This document shows, piece by piece, positions 51,605 to 61,662 of a stretch of DNA of 64,000 bases. The stretch covers positions 43,622 to 107,621 of the forward strand of contig MHFR01000048.1 of the NCBI GenBank assembly GCA_001804285.1, read 5' to 3'. The position numbers were made by a program, and so were the translations under genes. The number at the start of each line of letters is the position of its first letter. Within the stretch, counting starts at the first letter, position 1. Below the pieces are notes generated by a model. The model was not told where the DNA came from and searched no databases. It saw only the letters and a program-made list of their open reading frames with translations. The DNA is from Candidatus Danuiimicrobium aquiferis (GTDB lineage Bacteria; Omnitrophota; Omnitrophia; Omnitrophales; Danuiimicrobiaceae).

Positions 51605-52738
51605 TCATTTAACTTCAAGTACTTTCCGGTATCGGGTCAAATTCCGGCAGCCGGTTTTGGTGACGGCGACCATGTCTTCGATTCGAACACCCCCAGTGCC
51701 CGGATAATAAAGGCCGGGTTCGACTGTGACAATATGTCCTTCGCGAAGAATATGATCGAGCACTGAAATCCGGGGCGATTCGTGGACGTCTAAGCCGATT
51801 CCGTGGCCTGTGCTGTGAAAAAATCCTTGCATCTTTCCGTTGATTTGCCCGGAAGGGAAACCCATTTTGTTAAAATAGTCCGTTACAGTTCGATGAATGA
51901 CTTTTGCATTGATGCCTTCTCGGATTAATTTGCATGCCAGAGTTTGAGCTTCTTTAACGGCGGCGTACATTTTTCTGATTTTTGGAGACGCTTTTCCTCT
52001 CACAAATGTGCGGGTCATGTCTGCGTGATATTTTGATTCATTGGATTGCGGGAAGACGTCGATGATGATCGGTTGGTGAGCGAGCAAAGGGCCTTTTCCG
52101 CGGTGATGAGGTTCTGTGGTCTGATTTCCGCAAGAGACAATGGTATGAGATGCCGAGCAACCCAATTCTAAAAGGGTGATGTCGATGATTTGTCTCAGTT
52201 TTTCTGACGTCAGCCGCTTTCCTTGATAAACAAGGTATTTTCCCCTGATGTTTGATTTTCTGAGTACGATTTCTGCTTTTCGAACGGCTTTTTCTGTTTT
52301 TCTTTGAGTGTTGGCAATCCATTTGATTTCCCGAGGCGTTTTGATTGCCCGTTCCTCGAAAAAAGGATCATCCTTTGGGCGGATCAAATATCCTTTTTTC
52401 CGAAGCCGGTCTGCAGAAGCAACCGGAAAATCCGAAGGGACGAGAAGATGGGAAACATGGTTCTCTGTTAAAATAAAATGAATGATTTCCGTCATGCTCG
52501 GATGATGATTTCCCGCGGCTTTCAGCTTGTTGCGGATTTCGGTACTTGAAATGATTTTGTGGACGCGCGCTTCTTTCCGCGCGCGGTCGATTTCGAGATC
52601 ATTCATGATCAGAATCTTCTTGCGGTCGATTTGAATGAAAGTGAATGGATCCGGCGCCAGAAAATGCGTTGCGTAATAAAGATTTGCGTTTTCTTCGCTT
52701 GATGCAATGATGAGTTTGGCTTCCTTTAATTTGCTCAT
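51605..52738 (-). CDS. M24-family metallopeptidase (Xaa-Pro aminopeptidase/prolidase-like)
   Basis: HSTGHGIGLDVHE. VEPGLYYPGTGGVRIEDMV. Start set at MSKLKEAKLII (52738). Confidence 0.8.
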   Translation of the reverse strand: MSKLKEAKLIIASSEENANLYYATHFLAPDPFTFIQIDRKKILIMNDLEIDRARKEARVHKIISSTEIRNKLKAAGNHHPSMTEIIHFILTENHVSHLLVPSDFPVASADRLRKKGYLIRPKDDPFFEERAIKTPREIKWIANTQRKTEKAVRKAEIVLRKSNIRGKYLVYQGKRLTSEKLRQIIDITLLELGCSASHTIVSCGNQTTEPHHRGKGPLLAHQPIIIDVFPQSNESKYHADMTRTFVRGKASPKIRKMYAAVKEAQTLACKLIREGINAKVIHRTVTDYFNKMGFPSGQINGKMQGFFHSTGHGIGLDVHESPRISVLDHILREGHIVTVEPGLYYPGTGGVRIEDMVAVTKTGCRNLTRYRKVLEVK

Positions 52739-53106
52739 AAACTCCCTTAGTGTATGGCCGTAGTATACCGTTTCTGAATCGAGAAAACGAGGGAAAACCG
52801 CAATGACCAAATCCCCCGCCAAAAAACTTGGCGGGCAGGCAATGACGCAAAGAAATTCCAAGTAATCAATTCCCAATATTTGAGATTTGAAATTTGAGAC
52901 TTCCTTGGCAATTGTCCGCCACTAAAGCGTTGGCGGAACCGACCACTTTTTTTGGCGGAGGATTTGGTCATTGCGATTTAAATGAGTTATTCCGTAAAAT
53001 TCATTGACGCTTTTCGGCAAAATGTTTATCATACGCAAGCCTTCCCAAGAGGAAGCTTTACAGCAAACAGGATTTTATCTTATAAAATTTAATCCCAAGG
53101 AATGAA

Positions 53107-53937
53107 ATGCAAGCATTACAAACGGAAGAATTGTGTCGGATAGCCAATGAAATGCGGAAGGATATCATCCGCATGCTTGCCGAGGCCGCATCCGGTCATC
53201 CGGGCGGATCTCTTTCGGTGACTGATATTCTTGCGGCACTTTATTTCAAAACCGCCCGCCACGATCCAAACAACCCCAATTGGCCCGACCGTGACAGAAT
53301 CATTTTAAGCAAAGGGCATGCCGCTCCGGCGCTTTATTCCGCATTGGCCAGGTCAGGATATTTCCCGGTTGATCAATTGATGACGTTAAGGAAATTAAAC
53401 AGCCCGCTTCAAGGACATCCCGACAGGCGAAGGCTTGCGGGGATTGAAATTTCAACAGGTTCTCTTGGACAGGGACTTTCCGTCGGGATTGGCATGGCTC
53501 TTGCGCGCCGGCTTGATCAGAAAAATTATTGGACGTATGTGATTACGAGTGACGGGGAAATGAATGAAGGGCAAACATGGGAAGCCGCGAGTTTTGCCTC
53601 CTTCCATAAAATGGATCATTTGATTGCGATTATGGATTACAACAAATTTCAGTTGGATGGCGCCGTCAAAGAAGTTCTTGATATGGAGCCGATGGTGGAC
53701 AAATGGAAATCTTTCGGCTGGTATACTTTCGAAATTGACGGCCACAACATGGAAGGAATTGTGAAGACGATTGAGTTGGCGAAGACGATTAAAAATGCAC
53801 CGGTGATGATTATCGCACATACGATTAAAGGGAAAGGTGTCTCGTTTATGGAAGGGAACAATCATTTCCATGGTGTTGCGCCGACAAAAGAAGAAGCCGA
53901 GAGGGCGTTAAAAGAGTTGGATAGTCATAAATTTTAG
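53107..53937 (+). CDS. transketolase, N-terminal (TPP-binding) subunit
   Basis: GHPGGSLSVTDILAALYF. GDGEMNEGQTWEA. Split-transketolase organisation. Confidence 0.85.
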   Translation: MQALQTEELCRIANEMRKDIIRMLAEAASGHPGGSLSVTDILAALYFKTARHDPNNPNWPDRDRIILSKGHAAPALYSALARSGYFPVDQLMTLRKLNSPLQGHPDRRRLAGIEISTGSLGQGLSVGIGMALARRLDQKNYWTYVITSDGEMNEGQTWEAASFASFHKMDHLIAIMDYNKFQLDGAVKEVLDMEPMVDKWKSFGWYTFEIDGHNMEGIVKTIELAKTIKNAPVMIIAHTIKGKGVSFMEGNNHFHGVAPTKEEAERALKELDSHKF

Positions 53938-54016
53938 ATCCGCCACAAAGCGTGGCGGATTCAATTCGGCCGCACAACTTGCGAATGGTAAATCTGCCGC
54001 AAGTTGTGGCCTCATT
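53938..54016. repeat. ~80-bp insertion with two hairpins (CCGCCACAAAGCGTGGCGG; GGCCGCACAACTTGCG...CGCAAGTTGTGGCC), flanked by diverged copies of the transketolase-N 3' end
   Basis: Copy 1 at 53890-53937 (EEAERALKELDSHKF*). Copy 2 at 54017-54064 (EEALRALRELEEKKF*). Confidence 0.6.
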
Positions 54017-54085
54017 GAAGAAGCCTTAAGGGCGTTAAGAGAGTTGGAAGAAAAAAAGTTTTAAACGAACGCGGAGAACGAATTC

Positions 54086-55039
54086 ATGCGTGAAAGAAAA
54101 ATGGGACTTGCGACGCGCGATGCGTACGGGAAAACGCTCGTTGAGCTTGGAAGGAAGAACCGCGATATTTTTGTGATGGACGCGGACCTTGCGAAATCCA
54201 CGAAAACGGATTTTTTTGCGAAAGAATTTCCGGACCGTTTTATAAATGTCGGCATTGCCGAAGCGAATTTAGTCGGAATTGCTGCCGGGCTTGCTGCTTG
54301 CGGAAAAATCCCGTTTATTTCGAGTTTTGCGTGTTTTCTCATTTGCAAAGGCTACGAGCAATTCCGGATGTCCGTTGCGTTTTCGGAATTGAATGTGAAA
54401 GTGGTTGTGTCACACGGCGGAATCAGCGTCGGTGAAGACGGAGCAAGTCAGCAATCCACAGAAGATTTCGCGTTGATGCTGAGCCTTCCTAAATTTGTGG
54501 TGATGAATCCTTCGGATGAAGTTTCTGCCAGAGCGCTTGTCGAACAAGCTGCGAAATATCAAGGTCCTGTGTTTATGCGGACCGGCCGGCCCAAGTATCC
54601 GGTTATCTATCATGAAGGAACGCAATTTGAAATCGGAAAAGGAATGTTACTTCGCGAAGGGGCCGACCTGACGATTGTCGCGACGGGAATCCTTGTTTTT
54701 GAAGCACTGATGGCATCCGATATTTTGGCGGAACGCGGAATTTCCGCTTCGGTCATTGATATTCACACCCTGAAACCGATTGACCGCGAGTTGCTTCGCC
54801 AGCAGGCGGAAAAAACCGGTGCGATGGTTTGTTGCGAAGAGCATTCGATTTATGGGGGATTGGGTAGCGTCGTGGCTTCCGTGATGGCGGAGGAATGTCC
54901 GGTGCCGATCGCGTATGTTGCGGTTCAGGATACATTTGCTGAATCAGGCCGGCCGGATGAACTCATCCAAAAGTACGGATTGACTGCGGCGAACATTGTT
55001 CAAACTGCCGAAAAAGTCCTTTCAAGAAAGCACAAATAA
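54086..55039 (+). CDS. transketolase, C-terminal (pyrimidine-binding) subunit
   Basis: Typical Tkt-C sequence (FINVGIAEANLVGIAAGLA; VVVSHGGISVGEDGASQQS). Confidence 0.85.
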   Translation: MRERKMGLATRDAYGKTLVELGRKNRDIFVMDADLAKSTKTDFFAKEFPDRFINVGIAEANLVGIAAGLAACGKIPFISSFACFLICKGYEQFRMSVAFSELNVKVVVSHGGISVGEDGASQQSTEDFALMLSLPKFVVMNPSDEVSARALVEQAAKYQGPVFMRTGRPKYPVIYHEGTQFEIGKGMLLREGADLTIVATGILVFEALMASDILAERGISASVIDIHTLKPIDRELLRQQAEKTGAMVCCEEHSIYGGLGSVVASVMAEECPVPIAYVAVQDTFAESGRPDELIQKYGLTAANIVQTAEKVLSRKHK

Positions 55040-55103
55040 TTTTTTTGTCGCTGCCCATTTTAATTTGCCAGCTTGACTCAATTCGCGCATCCCGATATCA
55101 TCT

Positions 55104-55748
55104 TTGTCCATGAAAACCTCATTATTCGTTAAGCAAATTCAAGTCGGGCCGATGGCAAATTTCGTTTATTTGGTTGGAGACATAAAAAATCACGAGACGT
55201 TTGTGGTTGATCCAGGATGGGAAGTAGAGAAAATTATTCAAGCGGCGAAAAAAGACGGATTCAAAATCATCGGAGCTTTGATGACGCATACTCATTTTGA
55301 TCATGCGGATGGTTTAAAAGAGCTTCTTCGGAAGACGGACGGGACGGCTTATATTCATGAGAAAGAAGCGGACTTTTTAACCGATGAAAAGCTCAAGCTC
55401 AAAAAAACGAAAGACGGCGATAAAATTCAAATCGGCGAAGTTGAAATTCAAGTGATTCACACGCCGGGGCACACACCGGGTTCTCAATGTTTTCTCGTTG
55501 ACGGAAATCTATTTTCAGGCGATACGTTATTTATCCAAGCGTGCGGCCGTTGTGATTTACCAGCGAGTAATCCGGAAGACATGTTTTACAGTTTGAAGCG
55601 GCTTTCCGGGTTGGATGATTCAACCGTTGTGTATCCCGGCCACGATTATGCGGATGAAACACAGTCGACAATCGGCAAAGAGAAAAGGAATAATCCGTAT
55701 ATGCAGATTCAGAACCTGGATGATTTCTTGCCGTTCCGGATGGGGTAG
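55104..55748 (+). CDS. MBL-fold metallo-hydrolase (glyoxalase-II-like)
   Basis: THTHFDHADG zinc motif. GHTPGS. Confidence 0.75.
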   Translation: MSMKTSLFVKQIQVGPMANFVYLVGDIKNHETFVVDPGWEVEKIIQAAKKDGFKIIGALMTHTHFDHADGLKELLRKTDGTAYIHEKEADFLTDEKLKLKKTKDGDKIQIGEVEIQVIHTPGHTPGSQCFLVDGNLFSGDTLFIQACGRCDLPASNPEDMFYSLKRLSGLDDSTVVYPGHDYADETQSTIGKEKRNNPYMQIQNLDDFLPFRMG

Positions 55749-55760
55749 GGAGGGAAAAAC

Positions 55761-55832
55761 GGTCACTGGACACCAGACACCAGTTACCGGTTAAGGACTT
55801 TACTGGTGACTAGTGACAAGTGTCTAGTGACT
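55761..55832. repeat. intergenic inverted-repeat element (GGTCACTGGACACCAGACACCAG...CTGGTGACTAGTGACAAGTGTCTAGTGAC)
   Basis: Inverted repeats of GTCACTGG/CCAGTGAC type. Short relative inside the giant ORF at 29316-29340. Confidence 0.5.
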
Positions 55833-55858
55833 TCTAATCGTTTAAGGAGTTTGTAAGA

Positions 55859-56362
55859 ATGACCAATAAAGGAAAGAAAAATTTCCCCAACAAGAAAAAA
55901 ATAGCGCGCGAGCTGCTTGAAAAAGGATACCAATTTCAAATCAGCGGGGACATCAATCACGCAATCGAGTATTACCGGAAATCGATTCTGGCTTTGCCGA
56001 CAGCTGAAGCGCACACATTTTTAGGATGGGCTTATAGTTTCCAAGGGCATTATGATGAAGCCATCCGGGAATGTCAAAAAGCCATTAAATTGGATCCGGA
56101 ATTCGGAAATCCCTATAATGATATCGGCGCTTATTTATTAGATAAAGGATGTTTAGACGAAGCAATTCCGTGGCTTGAAAAAGCGATCAACGCAAAACGC
56201 TATGACAGCTATTTTTATCCGCATTATAATTTAGGCAGAATTTATGAACAAAAAGGGATTTGGTCCCAAGCGGTCACGAATTATAAACGCGCGATTGAGC
56301 TGAAAACGGATTATCTTCTTGCGCGGAAAGCCTATAATCGGATTCTCGCACTACTGAATTAA
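55859..56362 (+). CDS. TPR-repeat protein
   Basis: Four to five TPR-like units (AIEYYRKSI, AIRECQKAIKLDP, NYKRAIELK). Confidence 0.6.
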   Translation: MTNKGKKNFPNKKKIARELLEKGYQFQISGDINHAIEYYRKSILALPTAEAHTFLGWAYSFQGHYDEAIRECQKAIKLDPEFGNPYNDIGAYLLDKGCLDEAIPWLEKAINAKRYDSYFYPHYNLGRIYEQKGIWSQAVTNYKRAIELKTDYLLARKAYNRILALLN

Positions 56363-56406
56363 GGCCGTTGTTCTCCGCCCTGGATTTGCGTTAAAGGATA
56401 AGCGAT

Positions 56407-57609
56407 TTGAATACAATGATTCTTGCTTTGGGTTTGTTTTCTTTTTTTCTCGGCAGCGCTTTTTTATTCGGAGTTTCACGGTTGATTAGCCTTGTTCCCG
56501 GGCAGATCCAAACCTTCTCGATTTTCATCATCCCGTCATTTCAAATTATTTCAAGCATCGGTTTCTTCTTCCGCCGGACATGGGGGCTTCAGTTAACCGT
56601 TTTCCTCCTTTGTTTTTATTTGTTTTTAGGTATTTTTATTTTAAGACAAAATATTTCAGCGGTGGATTTCTTGCCGCTCGCAACACTGATTGAATATATC
56701 CCCAGCAGCCTTCTTCGAGTTAATCTTCATTTCATGACGTGGATTTGCCTGATGTTTATCCCGCTTTTCATGCTTTCAGTCTTAAGCCTCAAACAATTCC
56801 AGGCTTGTTTTGAGTCAAAACGGGTGACTTGTGCCACTCCCTTCCCTCTTGTGTTAGCGGCGGGATTTATCTTTTCATACGGATGCTTAGCCAATTCTTC
56901 GCTTACCGAATTTATCACCGGCGGATCGCGCACTATTTTGGGAATAGCTATTTCTCCTTTGCAGGCAAAAGGATTGCGTTTTCTTGAATTAAATCTTCCG
57001 ATTTTTATCGCCATGGGGTTGGTTGAACAGAAACGGTTAAAAGGATGGATTCTGGCGTGGATTTTTTTCGGATATTATTGTTTGCCATTCTTTGGGATGA
57101 ACCGATGGGAAGCGCTCAAACAATTCAATTTTGTATTTTGGTTGATTTTATGGATTGCCTCGCTTGGGATCATTTCTTTTTACGCCTGCTTGTATTGGGG
57201 CAAAAAAGTGGTGAGTAAGAACTTGTCTCAAGAGGCTGCAAGTCCCAAAAAAAATATCAGCATTTTACGGATTGCGCTTGTTTCGAGCGCCGTTTTATTC
57301 ATTATTTTTTGGGTCCTTAAAAATGTTTTTTTGTTGCCCCCCAAAAATATTCCGGAAGTTTTAGCGCCTTCTGAAATTTCACAGTCTGCCGAAATTCCAA
57401 AACCGGACCGCGCGGTTAACTTTCGCCTCGAAGGAATATTTGTTGACCAGCACTTGAAATATGCTGTGATTTCCGGAAAAATTGTTAAAATCGGGGACTC
57501 AATGGGCGGGTTTTTAATTGAGGAAATAGAAAAATCCCGCGTGTTGCTATCCACTCCAGAGGAGCGATTCTGGCTGTCAGCATCGGATCAAACTTTTGAA
57601 GAGCGCTGA
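56407..57609 (+). CDS. polytopic membrane protein, hypothetical; C-terminal segment faintly GspB/PilP-like
   Basis: About 9 TM helices. C-terminus FRLEGIFVDQHLKYAVISGKIVKIGDSMGGFLIEEI. Confidence 0.45.
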   Translation: MNTMILALGLFSFFLGSAFLFGVSRLISLVPGQIQTFSIFIIPSFQIISSIGFFFRRTWGLQLTVFLLCFYLFLGIFILRQNISAVDFLPLATLIEYIPSSLLRVNLHFMTWICLMFIPLFMLSVLSLKQFQACFESKRVTCATPFPLVLAAGFIFSYGCLANSSLTEFITGGSRTILGIAISPLQAKGLRFLELNLPIFIAMGLVEQKRLKGWILAWIFFGYYCLPFFGMNRWEALKQFNFVFWLILWIASLGIISFYACLYWGKKVVSKNLSQEAASPKKNISILRIALVSSAVLFIIFWVLKNVFLLPPKNIPEVLAPSEISQSAEIPKPDRAVNFRLEGIFVDQHLKYAVISGKIVKIGDSMGGFLIEEIEKSRVLLSTPEERFWLSASDQTFEER

Positions 57610-57885
57610 TGCCGATTCATAAGACCTTGTATTTGAAGACACTCTTCGCTATTTTCGGCACTTAAATGGATATAACTTATTTTATATCAATCACTTAGAG
57701 TTATTTTATAAATTTAGTTAGATACCTTGAAATAAGGCAATAGAGCGGGTACTATTTAAAGTAAGGGGATGGGGTAGTTAGTGACTCGGGTTAGTATCAG
57801 CAATCAAAAAACCGTTGGCTTTTAAGAAAAGGAGTGGTTCTTTTTCTCTTGTTTAAAAAATCTATTCTAGAGATTCAATTTTCTT

Positions 57886-60800
57886 ATGGCACAAAAAGAA
57901 CTATTTAATGTTTTATTAATTGAAGATAACCCGCAAGATGCGCGGCTTCTGTCGGAGTTATTGCAACACGACGATTCCGTTTTTCCGCCATTTCATTTGG
58001 AGTGTGTGAACCGGCTCGCGACCGCAATCGACCGGCTGAAAACAGGGGCAACCTTCGATATCATTTTAGTAGATTTTACTCTTCCGGATAGTCATGGAAT
58101 CGAAACCTTCTCGAAAATAGTTGAATATGCACCTTCTCTTCCCATTGTCGTTGTGACCGGATTAAATGATAAGATGATTGCGCTCGAAGCAATGCGACAA
58201 GGCGCGCAGGACTATTTGGTGAAAGGGGAAATGGACGGAAAGTATCTTGCGCGAGTGATGCGTTATGCCATTGAACGAAAAGAGCTTGAGCAGAAAATTG
58301 TCCGGCACGAAAAGAATTTTCGAAAGATGGCCAATACCGCGCCTGCGATGTTGTGGATTTCGGGTTGGGATGGGAATTTTACGTTTTTTAATCAGCAATG
58401 GCTTGATTTTACGGGGAGAATATTGGATCAGGATTCCGGCGTTGGGTGGTTTGAATGTATCCATGCCGAAGATAGCAAATCAATTCAGGAAGCGTATTGG
58501 GCGGCTTTTCATGAACGAGCCGGTTTGAGAGCCGAGTTCAGGCTTAGACGGTTTGATGGAATATATTGCTGGATGCTTGCGACCGGTGCGCCGAGTTTTT
58601 CCGAAGACGGTGCTTTTACCGGCTTTATCGGATCTTGTATTGATATTACGGAATTGAAACAATCCGAAAAAGAATTAAAGTATCGCCTTGAGTTTGAGAA
58701 ATTGATCGCATCCATCTCCACGCATTTTATTAATTTAAAGTCAGATGAAATCGAAAAAGGGCTTAATCTCGCACTTCAAATCATAGGCGAATTTACCGGA
58801 GTTGATCGGAGTTATATTTTTCAATTTTCGGAAAACAGAGAAACAATGACTAATACCCAAGAATGGTGCCGTGCCGGAATTGAGCCTCAAATTCAAAATC
58901 TGCAATCGATATCCACGAAATTGTATGAATGGTTTATGGATCAGATTTGTAATTTTAAGAGTATCTATGTGCCAAAAGTTGAAGAACTGCCGGCGGAAGC
59001 AGGAGAGCTTAAAAAAGAACTCGAGCGGGAAAATGTTTGTTCGATGATTTGTGCCCCGCTTGTGCGTTCCGGGGCTGTCGTCGGGTTTTTGGGATTTGAT
59101 GCTGTCCGGCATCCGTCGACATGGACAGACGACGTTATTTCTCTTTTGAGAATTGTCGGAGAAATGTTTGTTAATGCGCTTGAGCGCAAGCGGAACGAAG
59201 AAGCTTTGCGGCAAGGCGAGGAGCGCCTTCGGATGTTTATTGAACACGCTCCGGCAGCGATAGCGATGTTTGACCGCGAAATGAAATATATGGTGGTGAG
59301 CCATCGGTGGGTGAGTGATTTTAATATTGACAGCGAAGATTTAATCGGGCGAAGCTTCTATGAGGTTTTTCCTGAAATTCCGGAACGGTGGAAAGAAATT
59401 CATCAGCGCTGTCTTTTGGGTGCGGTTGAAAAATGCGAGGAAGATATTTTTGAGCATGCAAACGGAACAGCGGATTGGCTTGAGTGGGAAATGCATCCTT
59501 GGCGGAGTGCGACTGGTGAAATCGGTGGAGTGGTGATGTTTACGGAAGTGATTACAAAACGCAAACAAACAGAAGCAGTCATTGTGGAAAGCGAAAGGCG
59601 TCTTCGCAGTTACTTTAATTTGTCACTCATCGGGATTGCGATTATTTCTCCCATGAAAGGCTGGGTGGAAGTCAATGACAAGCTTTGCGAGATTTTAGGT
59701 TATTCACATGATGAGTTAAAAAAAATGACATGGGTTGAATTGACCTATCCGGAAGATCTTGTTGAAGATTTAAAACAATTTGAGCTTCTTTTATCGGGAA
59801 GAATTGATAGCTATTCGATCGAGAAAAGATTTGTTCGAAAAGACGATAAAGTGGTTTATGCCAAGACAGATGTTCAGTGCGTGCGGAAGGCGGACGGATC
59901 CGTTAATTATTTTATTGCTGTCGTGGAAGATATTACCGCCAAAGTGGAAGTGGAGCAAGAATATGTGAAAACGGAGGAAAAATATCGCAGTCTTTACAAT
60001 TCCAGCCGTGACGGAATTCTTTTTGTGGATATGGCCGGGAAAATTCTTGAATCGAATCCCGCATTTCTCAATATGATCGGTTATTCCGCTGAAGAGCTTA
60101 AAAAAATACATTATCAAAAATTAACACCGGCAAGCTGGCGAGATCTCGAAGATAATATTATGAAGAATCAGATTTTAAAGAGAGGATACTCGGATATTTA
60201 TGAAAGAGAATATATCCGGAAAGAGGGATCTGTATTTCCGGCAACCATTAATTCCTGGATGGCAAGGGACAAAGAAGGGAACCCATTCGGAATTTGGTTT
60301 ACGGTGAGGGATGTTTCTGAAAGGAAAAAAGTTCAAGAGCAGCTGCGGCATCTCGTCTATCACGACGTTTTAACCGATCTTCCGAACAGGACTTTGTTCA
60401 TTGACCGTGTAGATCGCGCGATTGTTGCTGCGCGTTATAATCAGAAGCTGGTCAGCGTTTTATTTTTAGGGGTGGATCATTTCAAGAAAATCAATGATAC
60501 GCTCGGGCATGCCGTTGGAGACCGGTTGCTTCAAGCCGTATCGGGAAGATTGAGAGGCTATTTGCAGGAAACGGAAACGGTGACGCGAATCGGCGGCGAC
60601 GAATTCTCGATTTTACTTCCGAGCGTGGACCGGCTTGAGGATGCGATTAAAATTGCGGAAAAGCTTTTGCGTGCCATGCAGATTCCGTTCCTGATCCGCG
60701 GACATGAATTGTATTTGAGTTGCAGTATCGGCCTTAGTTTTTATCCGAATGACGGCGAAAAACCAGATTTATTACTTCGGAATGCCGATTCTGCGATGGA

Positions 60801-61644
60801 GCGTGCGAAAACCTTGGGAAGAAATAATTATCAACTTTATTCTGCCCTGATGAACGCAAAGGCGCTCGAACGGCTCGCGCTTGAAAATGGGCTTCGCCAT
60901 GCGCTCGAAAGAAAAGAATTTTGTGTTCATTACCAGCCGCAGGTGGATATTCAAACGGGAAAAATTATTGGGATGGAAGCGTTGATCCGCTGGCAGCATC
61001 CGGACCTCGGGCTTCTTTCGCCGGCAGAATTTCTTAATTTAGCGGAAGAGACGGGTTTGATTGTTGACATGGATGAATGGGTTTTGAAAGAAGCGTGCAA
61101 TCAGAATCGCCAGTGGCAAATAGCGGGTTTCACCCCGGTCCGGGTTTCGGTCAATTTAACGGCCCGTCAATTTCAACAAAAAGATATTTTTAAATCCATC
61201 GAGGGTATTTTGCAGGCGACAGGGTTGCCGGCTGAATTTCTTGAGCTTGAGTTAACGGAAGGATCGATCATGCAAAATCTCGAAGAAACGACGCAGATTT
61301 TGCAGAAATTAAGTGACCTTGGCGTCAAAATTTCAATCGATGATTTTGGGACAGGGTATTCTTCCTTGAGCCATCTCAGAAAGTTTCCGATTAACTCCTT
61401 AAAAATTGATCAATCGTTTGTTCGTGATATTCCCGTTAATTTGGAAGATACAGCCATCGTCAAAGCGATTATTTCCATGGCCCATAGCTTAAATTTGGAA
61501 GTGGTAGCGGAAAGTGTCGAAACGGAAGCGCAGCTTGATTTCCTGCGAACGGAAAATTGCGATAAAATGCAAGGTTTCCTATATAGCAAACCAATTTCTG
61601 CCGATAAGTTTACAGAGTTATTAATATCAGAAAAAAACGGATAA
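57886..61644 (+). CDS. hybrid c-di-GMP signalling protein: receiver-PAS-GAF-PAS-PAS-PAS-GGDEF-EAL
   Basis: Receiver domain (LLIEDNPQDARLL; DIILVDFTLPD; K-site VVVTG). GGDEF active site RIGGDEF. EAL motif EALIRW plus DDFGTGYSS. Confidence 0.9.
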   Translation: MAQKELFNVLLIEDNPQDARLLSELLQHDDSVFPPFHLECVNRLATAIDRLKTGATFDIILVDFTLPDSHGIETFSKIVEYAPSLPIVVVTGLNDKMIALEAMRQGAQDYLVKGEMDGKYLARVMRYAIERKELEQKIVRHEKNFRKMANTAPAMLWISGWDGNFTFFNQQWLDFTGRILDQDSGVGWFECIHAEDSKSIQEAYWAAFHERAGLRAEFRLRRFDGIYCWMLATGAPSFSEDGAFTGFIGSCIDITELKQSEKELKYRLEFEKLIASISTHFINLKSDEIEKGLNLALQIIGEFTGVDRSYIFQFSENRETMTNTQEWCRAGIEPQIQNLQSISTKLYEWFMDQICNFKSIYVPKVEELPAEAGELKKELERENVCSMICAPLVRSGAVVGFLGFDAVRHPSTWTDDVISLLRIVGEMFVNALERKRNEEALRQGEERLRMFIEHAPAAIAMFDREMKYMVVSHRWVSDFNIDSEDLIGRSFYEVFPEIPERWKEIHQRCLLGAVEKCEEDIFEHANGTADWLEWEMHPWRSATGEIGGVVMFTEVITKRKQTEAVIVESERRLRSYFNLSLIGIAIISPMKGWVEVNDKLCEILGYSHDELKKMTWVELTYPEDLVEDLKQFELLLSGRIDSYSIEKRFVRKDDKVVYAKTDVQCVRKADGSVNYFIAVVEDITAKVEVEQEYVKTEEKYRSLYNSSRDGILFVDMAGKILESNPAFLNMIGYSAEELKKIHYQKLTPASWRDLEDNIMKNQILKRGYSDIYEREYIRKEGSVFPATINSWMARDKEGNPFGIWFTVRDVSERKKVQEQLRHLVYHDVLTDLPNRTLFIDRVDRAIVAARYNQKLVSVLFLGVDHFKKINDTLGHAVGDRLLQAVSGRLRGYLQETETVTRIGGDEFSILLPSVDRLEDAIKIAEKLLRAMQIPFLIRGHELYLSCSIGLSFYPNDGEKPDLLLRNADSAMERAKTLGRNNYQLYSALMNAKALERLALENGLRHALERKEFCVHYQPQVDIQTGKIIGMEALIRWQHPDLGLLSPAEFLNLAEETGLIVDMDEWVLKEACNQNRQWQIAGFTPVRVSVNLTARQFQQKDIFKSIEGILQATGLPAEFLELELTEGSIMQNLEETTQILQKLSDLGVKISIDDFGTGYSSLSHLRKFPINSLKIDQSFVRDIPVNLEDTAIVKAIISMAHSLNLEVVAESVETEAQLDFLRTENCDKMQGFLYSKPISADKFTELLISEKNG

Positions 61645-61662
61645 AGAACAAGGATATCTGAT

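Noticed and set aside
51320-51766. 148-aa ORF (+) and 95-aa ORF (-) across 51320-51766
   Set aside because: Both are translations of the tandem MITE copies and of the antisense of the M24 peptidase 3' end.
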